64,000 bases of DNA from Bacteroidales bacterium (GTDB lineage: Bacteria > Bacteroidota > Bacteroidia > Bacteroidales > VadinHA17). The DNA lies in the NCBI GenBank assembly GCA_034005245.1, contig JAVEVC010000002.1, positions 81,098 through 145,097 of the forward strand, in the 5' to 3' direction. How positions within the stretch are numbered: position 1 is the first letter of the stretch; each line of letters opens with the position of its first letter. Shown piece after piece: positions 28,302 through 38,722 of this stretch. The notes under the pieces were generated by a model. The model made no database searches and had not been told where the DNA came from. It saw only the letters and a program-made list of their open reading frames with translations. The translations under genes and the position numbers were made by a program.

Positions 28302-29384
28302 CTACTCCTTGAATTTTCGGATGTTATCAACGAAGACATCGAACAGATAATCCGTGTCAGTGGGGCCACCGGAGGCTTCGGGATGGAACTGGCTGGAAAA
28401 GAAGGGCATGGATTTATGTCTCATTCCTTCGTTAGTGCTATCGTTGAGATTGAGGAAAAGAGGTTCCCAATCATTTCCTAGTGTATTGTTATCAACAGCA
28501 AATCCATGGTTCTGTGAAGTGATAAATGCTTTACCTGTTCCGGCAAGGATAACAGGCTGGTTATGACTGCGGTGACCGTATTTAAGTTTGTAAGTGTCAG
28601 CGCCGCTTGCCAGTGCCATAAGCTGGTTCCCGAGGCATATTCCAAATACAGGTATGCTATCTGAAAGAGATCTCTTTATGTTTTCAATGGTTTTTGTGCA
28701 CATTTTCGGATCACCAGGTCCGTTTGAAAGAAATAAACCGTCAAAATCCTCTTGGTGGTAGTCATAGTCCCATGGCACTCTAATAATTGTTGTGTCTCGT
28801 TTCAGGAGATTTCTTATGATATTGTATTTAACACCGCAATCAATAAGAACGATCCTGTATTTTCCCGAGCCATATATCTTCTTTTCATGTGTGCTTACTT
28901 CAGAAACCAGATTTGCGGTATCGGGGTTGAAAAACTCTGTGGTTGTTCCTTCCGGTTCTATCTTTCCCAACATGGTCCCTGTTTCCCTGATTTTTTTTGT
29001 CAGAGCCCGTGTGTCGATGCCATAAAGGCCGGGTTTATTATTTCTTTTCAGCCAGTCGCCCAGACTTTCTGAGGCATTCCAGTGACTGTATTCTGAGGAA
29101 TAGTCAGAAACAATAAGTCCGGAAATATGTACAGAAGAGGATTCATAGAAGCGGTACAGGCTGTTCTCCTCAGTTTTGGCAGGTGCACCGTAATTTCCTA
29201 CCAGGGGATAAGTAAGGCATAGGATCTGGCCCCGGTATGAAGGATCGGTGAGGCTTTCTGGGTAACCTGTCATTGCAGTGTTGAAGACCACTTCCCCTGC
29301 GGCAGGGGATATGGCGCCAAACAGTTTCCCCACGAAAACCGTCCCGTCCTCAAGCACCAGTCTGGCTGGTATGGTCTCTTTCAT
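28302..29384 (-). CDS. carA: carbamoyl-phosphate synthase small (glutaminase) subunit
   Basis: LVLEDGTVFVGKLFG..., the active-Cys motif GICLGNQL and FHPEA. The protein is 360 aa. Confidence 0.95.
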   Translation of the reverse strand: MKETIPARLVLEDGTVFVGKLFGAISPAAGEVVFNTAMTGYPESLTDPSYRGQILCLTYPLVGNYGAPAKTEENSLYRFYESSSVHISGLIVSDYSSEYSHWNASESLGDWLKRNNKPGLYGIDTRALTKKIRETGTMLGKIEPEGTTTEFFNPDTANLVSEVSTHEKKIYGSGKYRIVLIDCGVKYNIIRNLLKRDTTIIRVPWDYDYHQEDFDGLFLSNGPGDPKMCTKTIENIKRSLSDSIPVFGICLGNQLMALASGADTYKLKYGHRSHNQPVILAGTGKAFITSQNHGFAVDNNTLGNDWEPLFLNLNDSTNEGMRHKSMPFFSSQFHPEASGGPTDTDYLFDVFVDNIRKFKE

Positions 29385-29402
29385 TTCGTCATTATCAAAA
29401 AA

Positions 29403-30578
29403 TTACCTGATGGCACAGACAGCTTTTGCTATCCGATCAAGGGCCTCAAGGACCACTGACCGGGTTGTGGCAAGATTCATTCTCATGAATCCATCACCTC
29501 CGGGCCCAAACGTTGATCCTTCATTAAGTCCTACACCTGCCTTTTTCACAAAAAAATCCTGGAGCTTGCCTGGTGTCATTTCCAGTTTCCGGCAATCAAG
29601 CCAGATCATATATGTAGCTTCCGGATGAACCGGGATGATCTCGGGAATGTTCTTCCATAAAAACTCTTCGGTCAGGAGTACATTCCGGCTGAGGTATTCC
29701 AGCATCTCACTTCGCCATTCTTTACCTTCTGTATATGCTGCTATTGATGCGACTGTTCCGAAAACGTTTCCATTGCCAATATGTATCCGCTCAACTGTCT
29801 TATTGAAATACTTCCTCAGCACCGGATTGGAAATTATCACTGATGAAGTTGATAGTCCCGCAAGATTAAATGTTTTGCTCGGAGCAATGCATGTTACTGT
29901 TATGTCGGATACTTCCCTGGAGATTCCGGCAACATTGGTATGTACATTCCCAGGCAGTACGAGATCGCAATGTATTTCATCAGACAGGATAAGGATATTG
30001 TTTTTCAAGCAAATGTCGGTCAGCTTTTTTAATTCTTCGTAATTCCAGGCCCTTCCTACAGGATTATGAGGATTTGAGATGATTATCATTTTGGTTGTTT
30101 CGGAGATCAGATCCGAAAGAGAATCGAAGTCCATGGTCCATCTGCCTTCTGTTTCCTTAAGTGGATTCATAACCAGGTTGCGGCCATGGTTTTCTACTGA
30201 GGGAAAGAAGGGTGGATAAACCGGGGGCTGGACAATAATTGAATCGCCCGGACGTGTAAATGAAAGAATGCAAAGATTAAGGGCAGGCACGACTCCAGGG
30301 CAAAAACAGATCCAGTCGTCTTCTATCTGCCAGCTGTGAATATCCGAAAGCCACCGTGAGATTGACCGGAAGTACTCTGCCGGGCGGAATGAATAACCAA
30401 ATATTTCATGCTTCAGTCTCTCGTTAATAGCACTGATAATAAAATCCGGGCACCTGAAATCCATGTCAGCAACCCACATGGGAATGACATCCTTATTGCC
30501 AAAGATCTCGTTCCTCAGGTCATATTTCACACAGTTGGTTCCATCCCTGTTGACAGGTTCGTCGAAATTCCATACCAT
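29403..30578 (-). CDS. MalY/PatB-type PLP-dependent C-S lyase (cystathionine beta-lyase-like aminotransferase)
   Basis: FDEPVNRDGTNCVKYD...IPMWVADMDF is the hallmark N-terminus of the MalY/PatB family. The PLP-Lys region is IAPSKTFNLAG. It ends 18 nt upstream of carA. Confidence 0.85.
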   Translation of the reverse strand: MVWNFDEPVNRDGTNCVKYDLRNEIFGNKDVIPMWVADMDFRCPDFIISAINERLKHEIFGYSFRPAEYFRSISRWLSDIHSWQIEDDWICFCPGVVPALNLCILSFTRPGDSIIVQPPVYPPFFPSVENHGRNLVMNPLKETEGRWTMDFDSLSDLISETTKMIIISNPHNPVGRAWNYEELKKLTDICLKNNILILSDEIHCDLVLPGNVHTNVAGISREVSDITVTCIAPSKTFNLAGLSTSSVIISNPVLRKYFNKTVERIHIGNGNVFGTVASIAAYTEGKEWRSEMLEYLSRNVLLTEEFLWKNIPEIIPVHPEATYMIWLDCRKLEMTPGKLQDFFVKKAGVGLNEGSTFGPGGDGFMRMNLATTRSVVLEALDRIAKAVCAIR

Positions 30579-30944
30579 CGGATTGGGTATTTTTCAGAGG
30601 TCTAAAAGTACATGAAAAATCTCGATTGACACAAAAATGAAAAAAAATCCCGCCCTTTGTCTTGTGGCTCCTGCTTGTTCTTGACACATTCGTATATTGG
30701 AGAGGGCAAATTTTTGAATTATGAACAAAACATGCGGACTGGTGGTACAAAACGATATGCATAAAATTACCAGCTTTTTCCGGTGTATGGAAAAGTTTGG
30801 TTTTTAAACTATCTATTGTTTTTGTCTTACAAGTTCACAAATTCTCAGGCTACCTTAAAATAGATTATTGCAAGAAAGCTATGTAAATAATATTTATTAT
30901 TTTTATAGGCGTTTTTGAATGGTACTAATTTAAACTAACCCACG

Positions 30945-31763
30945 ATGAAAAAGGCGATTGCAATTACAATTCTACCATTGATCATAATAGGTTTTGCGGT
31001 TTTAAGTTCCTGTAGGGACAAAGCATCCAGAAAAGAAATTAAGAAAGTTGAGATGGAGCAGGTTCAAACTCTGGAAGGCGAAATAGAGAAGAACGTATAT
31101 CCTTTGCCAACGTCAGCTGAAGTCATCAGGATGCTTACCGACCTTGAGGTAGGTTATATAATTGGCATATCAAATCCTGTGGAAAATGCAAAGAAATATT
31201 TTACAAGTGCCAGCAGGGCAATTAATATGGGTGTTTACGGAGCAGACCTCAGCTATGCTACGCTCTACAACATTCAGCAGGCGGTTATTGATTACCTTGA
31301 AGCAATAAGGTCTATTGCGAATGAGCTTAACATGGCACAGATATATGATGAGTCGTTATATGAAAAGATAAAGGTGAATTTTGACAACAGGGATGAACTT
31401 GTAAATATACTTACAGAAGCTTTCAACAATACCTATGCCTATCTGAGCGAAAATGACCAGCAAGCTCTTGCCCTTATGGTGGTTGGCGGTGCATGGGTTG
31501 AGGGAATGTACCTCACAACTCACGTATCTGAGGCTGCTTATCAGGTAGCAGGTATTGCTAAAGTCCTGCTGGAGCAGAAAAGCTCCTTTGAACTGTTTAT
31601 GGAAATAACCAAGCCCTATCTTGAAGATCCTAATCTCAATGATTTTATAAATAAACTTGAGCCAATGAAAAAGGTCTATGAGGGCCTTGGTACAAGCCTT
31701 ACAAATCAGAACATCATTGACATTACAAAGGCAATTGAAGGCATAAGAAGCCAGATTGTATAA
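30945..31763 (+). CDS. hypothetical, predominantly helical lipoprotein
   Basis: It has a signal peptide plus lipobox (FAVLSSC) and a 272-aa body with no motif I can assign. It is followed by a strong terminator. Confidence 0.6.
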   Translation: MKKAIAITILPLIIIGFAVLSSCRDKASRKEIKKVEMEQVQTLEGEIEKNVYPLPTSAEVIRMLTDLEVGYIIGISNPVENAKKYFTSASRAINMGVYGADLSYATLYNIQQAVIDYLEAIRSIANELNMAQIYDESLYEKIKVNFDNRDELVNILTEAFNNTYAYLSENDQQALALMVVGGAWVEGMYLTTHVSEAAYQVAGIAKVLLEQKSSFELFMEITKPYLEDPNLNDFINKLEPMKKVYEGLGTSLTNQNIIDITKAIEGIRSQIV

Positions 31764-31780
31764 TAATATCCTGGGTATCT

Positions 31781-31813
31781 GACCGCAAACAAAACATTTT
31801 GCGGTCTTTTTTT
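31781..31813 (+). terminator. intrinsic terminator after the lipoprotein gene
   Basis: GACCGCAAA (31781-31789), loop CAAAACAT, TTTGCGGTC (31798-31806), then T7 (31807-31813). This is a perfect 9-bp stem. Confidence 0.75.
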
Positions 31814-31824
31814 ATCTTTTACTT

Positions 31825-34800
31825 ATGAGGGAATCAGTTCTACTGGCTTTAATACATATTTTTGCTATAATTTCAACGATCAATCCTGGTGGAATTTCCT
31901 CAAGAGGCAAGAAAATTTTGCGTAGTTATCTCAGAAGGTATCTCAACAGGGAGCTTGAAGAGGAATATTACGCTCTTTTCGAGAATAACCTCGAGTTCTA
32001 TTCCAATGAACTTAAAACCGTTGACAAGGATGAACTTACCGATGAGGACTCGCTCATAACTTTTCAGATCACAAATATCTGCCGTCAGATCAAGAAAGGA
32101 CTTTTCCTTGAAGAGAGGATGATAGTTTTTCTTCAGCTACTGGAATTCACATTTGAGGACGGCACAATGTCGGAGCAGGAAAGGACAATCCTCGATATAG
32201 TAGCCAGAACTTTTAATATCTCAAAGAAGGAGTACGATAATGCTTTTGCATTCATGATAAGCAGGTCGTATGATGATGTTTCGCCTGACTGCATCCTCAT
32301 TATAGAAAATGAAGACCCGGCAGACTGGGCCAAAGATACATACAGGAATTATGAAAGCTGGCGACATATCAGGAGCAGGGGATTCAAAGGACAGCTTTTT
32401 ATTTTGCATATAGAAAGTACTGGCTCTCTCATCTTTACATATGACGGACCTCTGGAACTCTATTTCAAGAGCCGGGATATAATAGCCTGCAGGCCTTATC
32501 TTCTTGAGCGGGGGGTAAATATAAAGGGCCACGGCATAGAACCTATATATTATTCAAGGATCTTTAAGAAATTTGTATCGAGGAAATTCCCTGAAAAAAT
32601 AGTCTTTGAGGGGCATGATATAGAATACATTTTCAAAAACTCCGAGAATGGTGTCCAGAAGATGAATTTCAGGATCGAATCAGGTAATCTGATCGGTCTA
32701 ATGGGTGGCAGCGGAGTTGGCAAATCAACCATGCTAAATCTGTTGAATGGGAAAATCACTCCCGCCAACGGAAAAATATACATAAACGGCTATGATATCC
32801 ATGCCGATTCGGAAAAGCTTAAAGGTCTTATTGGATTTGTCCCCCAGGATGACATGCTGATAGAAGAGCTTTCTGTTTATCAAAACCTCTTTTTCAATGC
32901 CCGGCTGTGTTTTGGTGATTATAATGAAGAACAGCTGGCAGCAACTGTTGACAAAGTGCTTCAGGAACTTGACCTATATGAAATAAAGGATCTCCAGGTA
33001 GGCGATACCCTTAATAAGCAGATAAGCGGAGGCCAGAGAAAAAGACTCAATATAGGACTGGAACTTATGCGTGAACCAGCTGTCCTTTTTGTTGACGAAC
33101 CGACCTCAGGGCTCTCTTCCTTTGATTCGGAGAAGGTTATGGTCCTGCTCAAGAATCAGGCACTTAGCGGCAAACTGATATTCGCCATCATTCATCAGCC
33201 ATCATCAGATGTTCTGAAAATGTTCGACAGGCTATGGATCCTTGACAAAGGAGGATACATGATCTATGATGGTGATCCGGTGGAAGCGCTTGTATATTTC
33301 AAGACTGAAACATCACAGGCGAATGCATCCGAGAGTGAATGCCCTAACTGCGGTAACATAGAAACTGATGATATCCTTCATATAATTGAAGTAAAGATAA
33401 TTGACAATGCAGGTTTTCCGGGGAAGGAGCGACAGATAGGTCCGAGGGAATGGTATGATAAATATAGGAAGAAAATGATGCCTGAAGTCGGAGCGGAACC
33501 TGTGAAGAAGGATCTTCCATCAAGTAATTTCAGGGTGCCGGAAAAAAAGGCGCAGCTGGTTACCTTCATAGAGCGCAATATACTCAGGAAGTTTGCCGAC
33601 AAACAGTACATGACAATCAACCTCCTGGAAGTTCCGGCACTGGCAATTATTCTTGGATTTATTTCTAAGTTCACCGAGGGTGAAACATATTTTTTCGCAG
33701 CAAATAAGAACTACCCCGTTTTTATGTTCATGTCGATCATAGTGGCTCTTTTTGTAGGCCTGACAGTGTCGGCAGAGGAGATCTTCCGAGACCGTAAGAT
33801 ACTTGAAAGGGAAAGATACCTGAACATAAGCAGGTTCAGCTACCTTCTTTCGAAGATCAGTTTTCTGTTTGTGCTGTCGGCAATACAATCGCTGCTTTTT
33901 GTGCTGGTTGCCAACAGCGTTCTTGTGGTGAAGGGAATGCTGCTCCAGCAATGGATAATTCTTTTCTCATCGGCATGCTTCGGCAACATGCTTGGATTAA
34001 ATATTTCCTCGGGTATGAGGACCGCTGTAAGTATCTACATATTGATACCGCTTTTACTCGTTCCCATGCTGCTTCTGGGTGGGGCAATGATCAGGTTCGA
34101 CGATCTTCATAAATCACTTAGCAAAAAGACCTATGTTCCGGTAATTGGAGACCTCATGGTTACACGATGGGCCTATGAAGCCATGATGGTTGAGCAATTC
34201 AAAAACAACAGGTTTGAAAAACCTTTCTTTGAATATGATATGAAAATAAGCGAATTGGACTGGAAAGCATCTTTCCTTATCCCAACGCTGAAGGTGAAGA
34301 TTAGCGAGATAAGGGCAGCTGGCAAAGATCCGGAATATGAAGAAAATACCAGGAGCAACTTCAGGAAGATAAATTACCATATCAGTGAACTTTCCGGGCT
34401 GACAGGAATATCGCCTGACAAATGGATTGATAAAATGAATTATGAGGAATTCATGGAATATATTGGCGATGAGGCTAAATCATATCTCGACAGCCTGAGC
34501 CCCTGGCTGAGAAAGGAGAGCAGAAGAATATCCGCAAAGAGGGATTCGGTATATAATCTATTACTTATGGGCATGGGAGAGGAGAGGTTCCAGGAGCTCA
34601 GGGATAGGAATTATAATGAAAATGTTGCTAATATTGTTCTTAATAGATTGAATACCAGCAAGATATATGATTCAGACAAGAAGCTTTTACAGAAAGCCGA
34701 TCCGGTATTCATGAAACCAGGCTCCAGAAAAGGGAGAGCGCATTTCTATGCACCATATAAACAGCTTGGGAGCCTTAAAATTGACACATTGATATTTAAT

Positions 34801-34938
34801 GTCTTGTTTATCTGGGTCATGACATTAGCTCTCTTCGTTTCATTATATTATGATCTCCTGAAGAAATTTGTTTTCTTTCTCGAGTCGCTCAGGATTCCGA
34901 TATGGAGGAAGTTCGGAAGGGAAATGTTGCGTACCTGA
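31825..34938 (+). CDS. multidomain ABC transporter: TerB-like N-domain, beta-rich linker, ABCG-type ATPase, ABC-2 permease, C-terminal extension
   Basis: The protein is 1037 aa. The N-terminal ~145 aa have a TerB/DjlA-N-like pattern ([27 protein letters not shown]). The ATPase has Walker [11 protein letters not shown]-loop FVPQDD, signature [12 protein letters not shown], Walker [13 protein letters not shown] and H-loop IIHQPS, which is the ABCG/White style. About 6 TM helices follow, then a ~220-aa soluble region and a final TM helix. Confidence 0.85.
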   Translation: MRESVLLALIHIFAIISTINPGGISSRGKKILRSYLRRYLNRELEEEYYALFENNLEFYSNELKTVDKDELTDEDSLITFQITNICRQIKKGLFLEERMIVFLQLLEFTFEDGTMSEQERTILDIVARTFNISKKEYDNAFAFMISRSYDDVSPDCILIIENEDPADWAKDTYRNYESWRHIRSRGFKGQLFILHIESTGSLIFTYDGPLELYFKSRDIIACRPYLLERGVNIKGHGIEPIYYSRIFKKFVSRKFPEKIVFEGHDIEYIFKNSENGVQKMNFRIESGNLIGLMGGSGVGKSTMLNLLNGKITPANGKIYINGYDIHADSEKLKGLIGFVPQDDMLIEELSVYQNLFFNARLCFGDYNEEQLAATVDKVLQELDLYEIKDLQVGDTLNKQISGGQRKRLNIGLELMREPAVLFVDEPTSGLSSFDSEKVMVLLKNQALSGKLIFAIIHQPSSDVLKMFDRLWILDKGGYMIYDGDPVEALVYFKTETSQANASESECPNCGNIETDDILHIIEVKIIDNAGFPGKERQIGPREWYDKYRKKMMPEVGAEPVKKDLPSSNFRVPEKKAQLVTFIERNILRKFADKQYMTINLLEVPALAIILGFISKFTEGETYFFAANKNYPVFMFMSIIVALFVGLTVSAEEIFRDRKILERERYLNISRFSYLLSKISFLFVLSAIQSLLFVLVANSVLVVKGMLLQQWIILFSSACFGNMLGLNISSGMRTAVSIYILIPLLLVPMLLLGGAMIRFDDLHKSLSKKTYVPVIGDLMVTRWAYEAMMVEQFKNNRFEKPFFEYDMKISELDWKASFLIPTLKVKISEIRAAGKDPEYEENTRSNFRKINYHISELSGLTGISPDKWIDKMNYEEFMEYIGDEAKSYLDSLSPWLRKESRRISAKRDSVYNLLLMGMGEERFQELRDRNYNENVANIVLNRLNTSKIYDSDKKLLQKADPVFMKPGSRKGRAHFYAPYKQLGSLKIDTLIFNVLFIWVMTLALFVSLYYDLLKKFVFFLESLRIPIWRKFGREMLRT

Positions 34939-34966
34939 TTACTGCACATTAATTATTAAGTATTCA

Positions 34967-35749
34967 ATGGAGCGGGTTATCCCAAAAAAATATCTAGGAC
35001 AGCACTTTCTAAAGGACAGGGCGATCGCGGCAAGGATCGCCGGGTCACTTTCAGGAGAAGGTTGTGATTCTGTTCTTGAGATCGGTCCTGGCATGGGAAT
35101 ATTGACAGGATTCCTTCTGGATAGGAATTTCAGCGATTTCCGGGTTGTTGAAATTGACAAGGAATCTGTCAGTTATCTTGAGAAGAACATGCCCGGTCTG
35201 ACTAATATCATAACGGGCGATTTCCTTTCTCTCGATATAGATTCTCTTTTCAGGAGCAGCCTGGGAATAATTGGAAATTTCCCATACAGTATTTCAACCC
35301 AGATATTTTTTAAAATACTTCAGCATCGCGACAAGGTTAAAGAAGTATGCGGCATGCTGCAGAAAGAAGTTGCGGAAAGGATATGCGCCCGACCTGGTTC
35401 AAAAGCTTATGGTATTCTGAGTGTTCTTCTGAAGGCTTACTACGATGCGGAATATTTGTTTACGGTCAGCGAAAAGGTGTTTTTTCCGCCTCCGAAAGTT
35501 CTTTCCGGCGTGCTAAGGCTTAAAAGGAACAATGTTATTTCACTTGATTGCGATGAGAAGTTATTTTTCAGGGTGGTAAAAGCCTGTTTCAATCAACGCA
35601 GAAAGACTCTAAGAAATTCCGTTAAAGCTGCTTTTGATTTGAAGGCTTATGATTATCCGGAATTCAGTCTTAGGCCTGAGCAGCTTACGGTGCAGCAGTT
35701 TGTAATGCTCACCCGATGGATTCAGGATAACATCATTGATTCAGAATGA
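34967..35749 (+). CDS. rsmA: 16S rRNA (adenine1518/1519-N6)-dimethyltransferase RsmA/KsgA
   Basis: [15 protein letters not shown]..., SAM motif [12 protein letters not shown] and NFPYSIST. The track ORF start (34868) lies inside the preceding ABC gene, and the ATG at 34967 gives a canonical 260-aa protein. Confidence 0.9.
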   Translation: MERVIPKKYLGQHFLKDRAIAARIAGSLSGEGCDSVLEIGPGMGILTGFLLDRNFSDFRVVEIDKESVSYLEKNMPGLTNIITGDFLSLDIDSLFRSSLGIIGNFPYSISTQIFFKILQHRDKVKEVCGMLQKEVAERICARPGSKAYGILSVLLKAYYDAEYLFTVSEKVFFPPPKVLSGVLRLKRNNVISLDCDEKLFFRVVKACFNQRRKTLRNSVKAAFDLKAYDYPEFSLRPEQLTVQQFVMLTRWIQDNIIDSE

Positions 35750-36988
35750 GAAACCTATAGCGTCAACAGGATTCATTCTGGCAGCAGCATAGGCCGGAGC
35801 ATAGCCGGCCACTATACCGATAGTTCCTGATATTACTATTGCAAGAAGCGCGTTTCCCAGTGTTAGGTGCATCTCCAGTTCATAAAGGTAATTTATTACC
35901 TGGGTACCTATAAAAATAAAAACAAGCCCCAACAGTCCGCCCACAACTGACAGTATTACTGATTCTGTCAGAAATTGTTGAAGGATAAAAAACCTTTTGG
36001 CTCCCAGGGCCTTCTGGATGCCTATAATATTAGTCCTTTCCCTGACCGAAACAAACATAATATTAGCGATGCCGAATCCTCCAACAAGAATAGCAAATCC
36101 ACCTATGACCCATCCTCCGATGTTGATTATCTTGAACACTGAATCAAATCCCTGAGTCAGGAGACTAGCCCTGTTCACTGAAAAGTTGGATGTTTCTCCA
36201 GGCCTCAGTCTTCTGGCAGCGCGAAGTATCATAGTAGTCTCATCTGAAAGCTCTTCCACAGGAACCCCTCCCCTTGCCTTTATCATAAGGTTGGATTCCA
36301 GCGACCTGCTTCTCATGTTAATAAAAGTCTTTCCGAAATTCAACGGGACAAGAATGATTTCATCCATTCCGCTGTCGGTTATGCCTCCTTTCCCTTCCTT
36401 TTTAAATACTCCTAATACAACAGTTTTAATACTCCCGATGGTGATCTGTTTGCCGACAGGATCAGCAGTATCAAAGAGCCTCCTGGCAATTTCCGAACCC
36501 AGTATCGCAGCATTCTTACCGGTAGCTGATTCATCGGGCGAGAAATAACGGCCTTTTTCAATCTCGAATGATCTAAGGTTTTCAAATTCATGCGTGGCAG
36601 CCCAGATTGTAACATCATTTGCCAGGCTGCTTCTGTACTTCACCTGCCTTGATTGAAGTACAGAATAACAGACACTTTCCACTTTTGTTGACCTTGTCTG
36701 TATTGCGTGGTAATCATTTTGAGAAATTGATGGCCATTTAATTATATCCCACCAGGCAAGATTCGGATCAAACGACCATGGGAATTTCTGCACGTACACA
36801 ACATTATCGCCCAGCGTGGAAATGCTGTCACGAACTGCTTTCCCCATCCAGTCTATCACAGTGAACACTGAAATGATTGAAAAGATCCCAATCGTTATTC
36901 CAAAAAGGGAAAGGAATGTACGCAGTTTATTCACAACAACTGATTTAACAGCGAAGACGATCCCTTCTCTGAAAAGCCTCAAAAACAT
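35741..36988 (-). CDS. MacB/FtsX-family ABC transporter permease (no adjacent ATPase gene)
   Basis: It has TM1 ([18 protein letters not shown]), a large periplasmic domain and a C-terminal FtsX 3-TM bundle. Its 3' end overlaps the rsmA 3' end by 9 nt (convergent). Confidence 0.85.
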   Translation of the reverse strand: MFLRLFREGIVFAVKSVVVNKLRTFLSLFGITIGIFSIISVFTVIDWMGKAVRDSISTLGDNVVYVQKFPWSFDPNLAWWDIIKWPSISQNDYHAIQTRSTKVESVCYSVLQSRQVKYRSSLANDVTIWAATHEFENLRSFEIEKGRYFSPDESATGKNAAILGSEIARRLFDTADPVGKQITIGSIKTVVLGVFKKEGKGGITDSGMDEIILVPLNFGKTFINMRSRSLESNLMIKARGGVPVEELSDETTMILRAARRLRPGETSNFSVNRASLLTQGFDSVFKIINIGGWVIGGFAILVGGFGIANIMFVSVRERTNIIGIQKALGAKRFFILQQFLTESVILSVVGGLLGLVFIFIGTQVINYLYELEMHLTLGNALLAIVISGTIGIVAGYAPAYAAARMNPVDAIGFSF

Positions 36989-37179
36989 TCTTTAATTCTT
37001 AAAATTTTTCGGCACATCAAACTTACATAAAAAACACTTTATAATCACCGGCGGCATAATTTATTAAGCAGAAAGTTTGATGTCCTAATATTCCTAATTT
37101 TTTGTATCAAGGTTATTAAAAAATTGTCTATTTTTAACCGCCTGAAACTGAAGGGAAATTCCTTATAAAAAATCGGACC

Positions 37180-38703
37180 ATGAGCAACAGGAAAATTCAA
37201 AGTGCCTTAATATCTGTTTTTTACAAAGACGGGCTGGAGGAGATAGTTACAACCCTTCATGACTTAAAAGTTAAGATATACTCCACTGGGGGCACATTTT
37301 CATTCATAGAAAAACTTGGGATACCCGTTGAATCAGTGGAAAGCCTTACCGCTTATCCCTCAATTCTGGGAGGCAGGGTGAAAACCCTTCATCCGGCAGT
37401 TTTCGGAGGTATCCTGGCAAGGAGGGGAAATCCTGAAGATGAACGTCATATTGCTGAATATACGATACCTCTCATAGACCTTGTCATTGTTGATCTTTAC
37501 CCGTTTGAAGATACAGTCAGAAAATCAAATGATGATGAAGAGATTATAGAAAAGATCGACATTGGAGGAATTTCTCTGATAAGGGCGGGAGCAAAGAATT
37601 ACAATGATGTACTGGTTGTGTCAGGAAGGGATCAGTATCCGGATCTGCTGTCACTACTGAAGACAGGCAGAGGAGTGACAACGCTGGAGGAAAGGAAGTC
37701 ATACGCTGCCTCGGCATTCAGTGTATCCTCAGGTTATGACACTGCTATCTTTAAGTATTTTACCGGAGGAGCTGAAACAGGCTGCTTCAGGGAAAGTCTT
37801 GATGGTTCTTATCCCCTTCGGTATGGAGAAAATCCTCATCAGAAAGGTGTATATTACGGAGATCCCGGGCAGGTTTTTGAGAAGCTTCACGGTAAGGAGA
37901 TATCTTATAATAACTTTCTTGATATTGATGCTGCAATTTCGCTTATTGACGAGTTTGATGATATAACATTTGCCATCATAAAGCATAATAATGCATGCGG
38001 TGTGGCTTCGCGCAAAAATCAGGCTGATGCATGGAGCGATGCGCTTGCCTGCGACCCGGTATCTGCCTACGGAGGTGTGATTGCAGTTAATACAATAGTA
38101 GATAGCACTTCCGCATCGGAGATTGATAAGGTGTTTTTTGAGATCATCATCGCTCCCGGATTCACAGATGATGCGCTCAAAACACTGATGCATAAAAAAA
38201 ACAGGATCATACTGAGAAGGGGAAAATCTCAGTCTTTTAATAGCAGTTTCAGGTCGGTTTTGAACGGAGTTCTCTGGCAGGAGAAGGACTCCAGAACAGA
38301 ATCAGCAGAAGACATGAAGACTGTAACACCCAGGTTACCTGAACCGGAGGAGATAGCCGACCTTGCATTCGCCAATAAAATTGTAAAACACAGTAAGTCA
38401 AATTCTATTGTTCTGGCTAAGAACAGACAGCTTCTTGCAAGCGGTGTGGGTCAGACTTCACGGGTTGATGCACTGAAGCAGGCGATTCAGAAAGCCCTTG
38501 CTTTTAAGTTCGACCTGAATGGAGCCGTAATGGCCTCTGATGCCTATTTCCCTTTTGCCGACAGTGTTGAAATAGCTCACAAGGCAGGGATAACTGCCGT
38601 TATTCAACCAGGCGGCTCTGTAAGGGATCAGGAAACAATTGATTATTGTTCTGGTAACGGCATAGCAATGGTATTTACCGGCATAAGACATTTTAAACAT
38701 TAG
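37180..38703 (+). CDS. purH: bifunctional AICAR transformylase / IMP cyclohydrolase PurH
   Basis: ALISVFYKDGLEE...STGGT (MGS-like domain), GGRVKTLHP, YGENPHQ and IQPGGSVRD. The protein is 507 aa. Confidence 0.95.
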   Translation: MSNRKIQSALISVFYKDGLEEIVTTLHDLKVKIYSTGGTFSFIEKLGIPVESVESLTAYPSILGGRVKTLHPAVFGGILARRGNPEDERHIAEYTIPLIDLVIVDLYPFEDTVRKSNDDEEIIEKIDIGGISLIRAGAKNYNDVLVVSGRDQYPDLLSLLKTGRGVTTLEERKSYAASAFSVSSGYDTAIFKYFTGGAETGCFRESLDGSYPLRYGENPHQKGVYYGDPGQVFEKLHGKEISYNNFLDIDAAISLIDEFDDITFAIIKHNNACGVASRKNQADAWSDALACDPVSAYGGVIAVNTIVDSTSASEIDKVFFEIIIAPGFTDDALKTLMHKKNRIILRRGKSQSFNSSFRSVLNGVLWQEKDSRTESAEDMKTVTPRLPEPEEIADLAFANKIVKHSKSNSIVLAKNRQLLASGVGQTSRVDALKQAIQKALAFKFDLNGAVMASDAYFPFADSVEIAHKAGITAVIQPGGSVRDQETIDYCSGNGIAMVFTGIRHFKH

Positions 38704-38722
38704 ATATTAATAAGAGTTACTA

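Noticed and set aside
30579-30944. The 367-bp divergent region upstream of the patB-like lyase and carA. I looked for ARG boxes, a SAM-type riboswitch and small ORFs. I noted one ARG-like 16-mer TATGCATAAAATTACC (30756-30771), a GGGCGGGA plus T8 stretch on the minus strand, and a 15-codon ORF MKKNPALCLVAPACS (30637-30684).
   Set aside because: The ARG-like site is single, with no partner 21 bp away, and lies about 180 nt from either start codon. The T8 stretch has no complementary 5' arm, so it is not a terminator or expression platform. No SAM-I or SAM-II core sequences are visible. The 15-codon ORF has no support beyond an ATG in an A-run.
36989-37179. A possible ZTP (pfl) riboswitch upstream of purH. 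purH is a classic ZTP-regulated gene, and the leader contains ACCGCCTGA (resembling the conserved CCGCCUGGGC 3' element) plus an upstream CACCGGCGG that could pair with it.
   Set aside because: The conserved 5' sub-domain (GGGUCGUGAC...GGGAAACCACCGGG-type core) is absent, and the 3' element lacks the GGGC. The only support is a 5-bp GGCGG/CCGCC complementarity in an otherwise AT-rich region. A covariance-model scan would settle it, and I expect no hit.
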